Assembly: GCA_964408285.1 (NCBI GenBank)
Contig: CAYOYV010000020.1
Coordinates: 1-16,856 of the forward strand
Length of the DNA stretch: 16,856 nt
Direction of reading: 5' to 3'
From: an uncultured Nitrososphaerota archaeon
GTDB taxonomy: Archaea > Thermoproteota > EX4484-205 > JAAOZO01
Position numbers and translations under genes: made by a program. Shown here in pieces: positions 16,806-16,856 of the stretch (positions within the stretch are counted from its first letter, which is position 1; every line of letters starts with the position of its first letter). The notes beneath the pieces are model-generated. The model was not told the DNA's origin, did not search any database, and saw only the letters and a list, made by a program, of their open reading frames with translations.

Positions 16806-16856
16806 CTATTTCAGGAAGTCGTCGAAGCTCCAGTAGTGCTCTTCTTCTTGCATCAC
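16806..16856 (-). CDS. 3' end of a probable ferritin-like (bacterioferritin/Dps-like) protein, truncated by the window edge
   Basis: Minus strand reads VMQEEEHYWSFDDFLK*, with an ExxH di-iron-type motif near the C-terminus. Only 16 residues are visible. Confidence 0.5.
   Translation of the reverse strand: MMQEEEHYWSFDDFLK

Noticed and set aside
1-16856. CRISPR array, tRNA/rRNA, IS element; remaining short antisense ORFs
   Set aside because: No regularly spaced repeats, cloverleaf, rRNA-like sequence or transposase motifs were seen. The short ORFs lie inside larger supported genes.

Overview
Archaeal-looking accessory region. Promoters are BRE/TATA-like and TTG/GTG starts are frequent; the gene content is reminiscent of Bathyarchaeia, which is an inference. 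Two same-strand paralogous STAND NTPase-TPR genes flank it: a 5'-truncated copy at <1..2472 and a complete Ser/Thr kinase-STAND-TPR (SWACOS-type) gene at ~12504..16160. Between them lie mostly stand-alone genes: an internally duplicated hypothetical protein, an ICMT/PEMT-type membrane methyltransferase, a frameshifted M29 aminopeptidase remnant missing from the ORF track, an O-methyltransferase, an EamA transporter, a hypothetical protein, an ATC-hydrolase/V4R-like protein and a 1278-aa lyase-like/beta-propeller protein. A PPOX-family gene and the end of a probable ferritin-like gene follow. Three signals stand out: (1) TPR divergence between the paralogs falls in alternating blocks, suggesting a diversified NLR-like receptor family; (2) 9 of 10 alternating (CG)n runs of >=6 nt lie in the ~9% non-coding DNA; (3) a strongly one-directional G-depleted tract ends the first paralog. 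No rRNA, tRNA, CRISPR, transposase, integrase or reverse transcriptase was seen.
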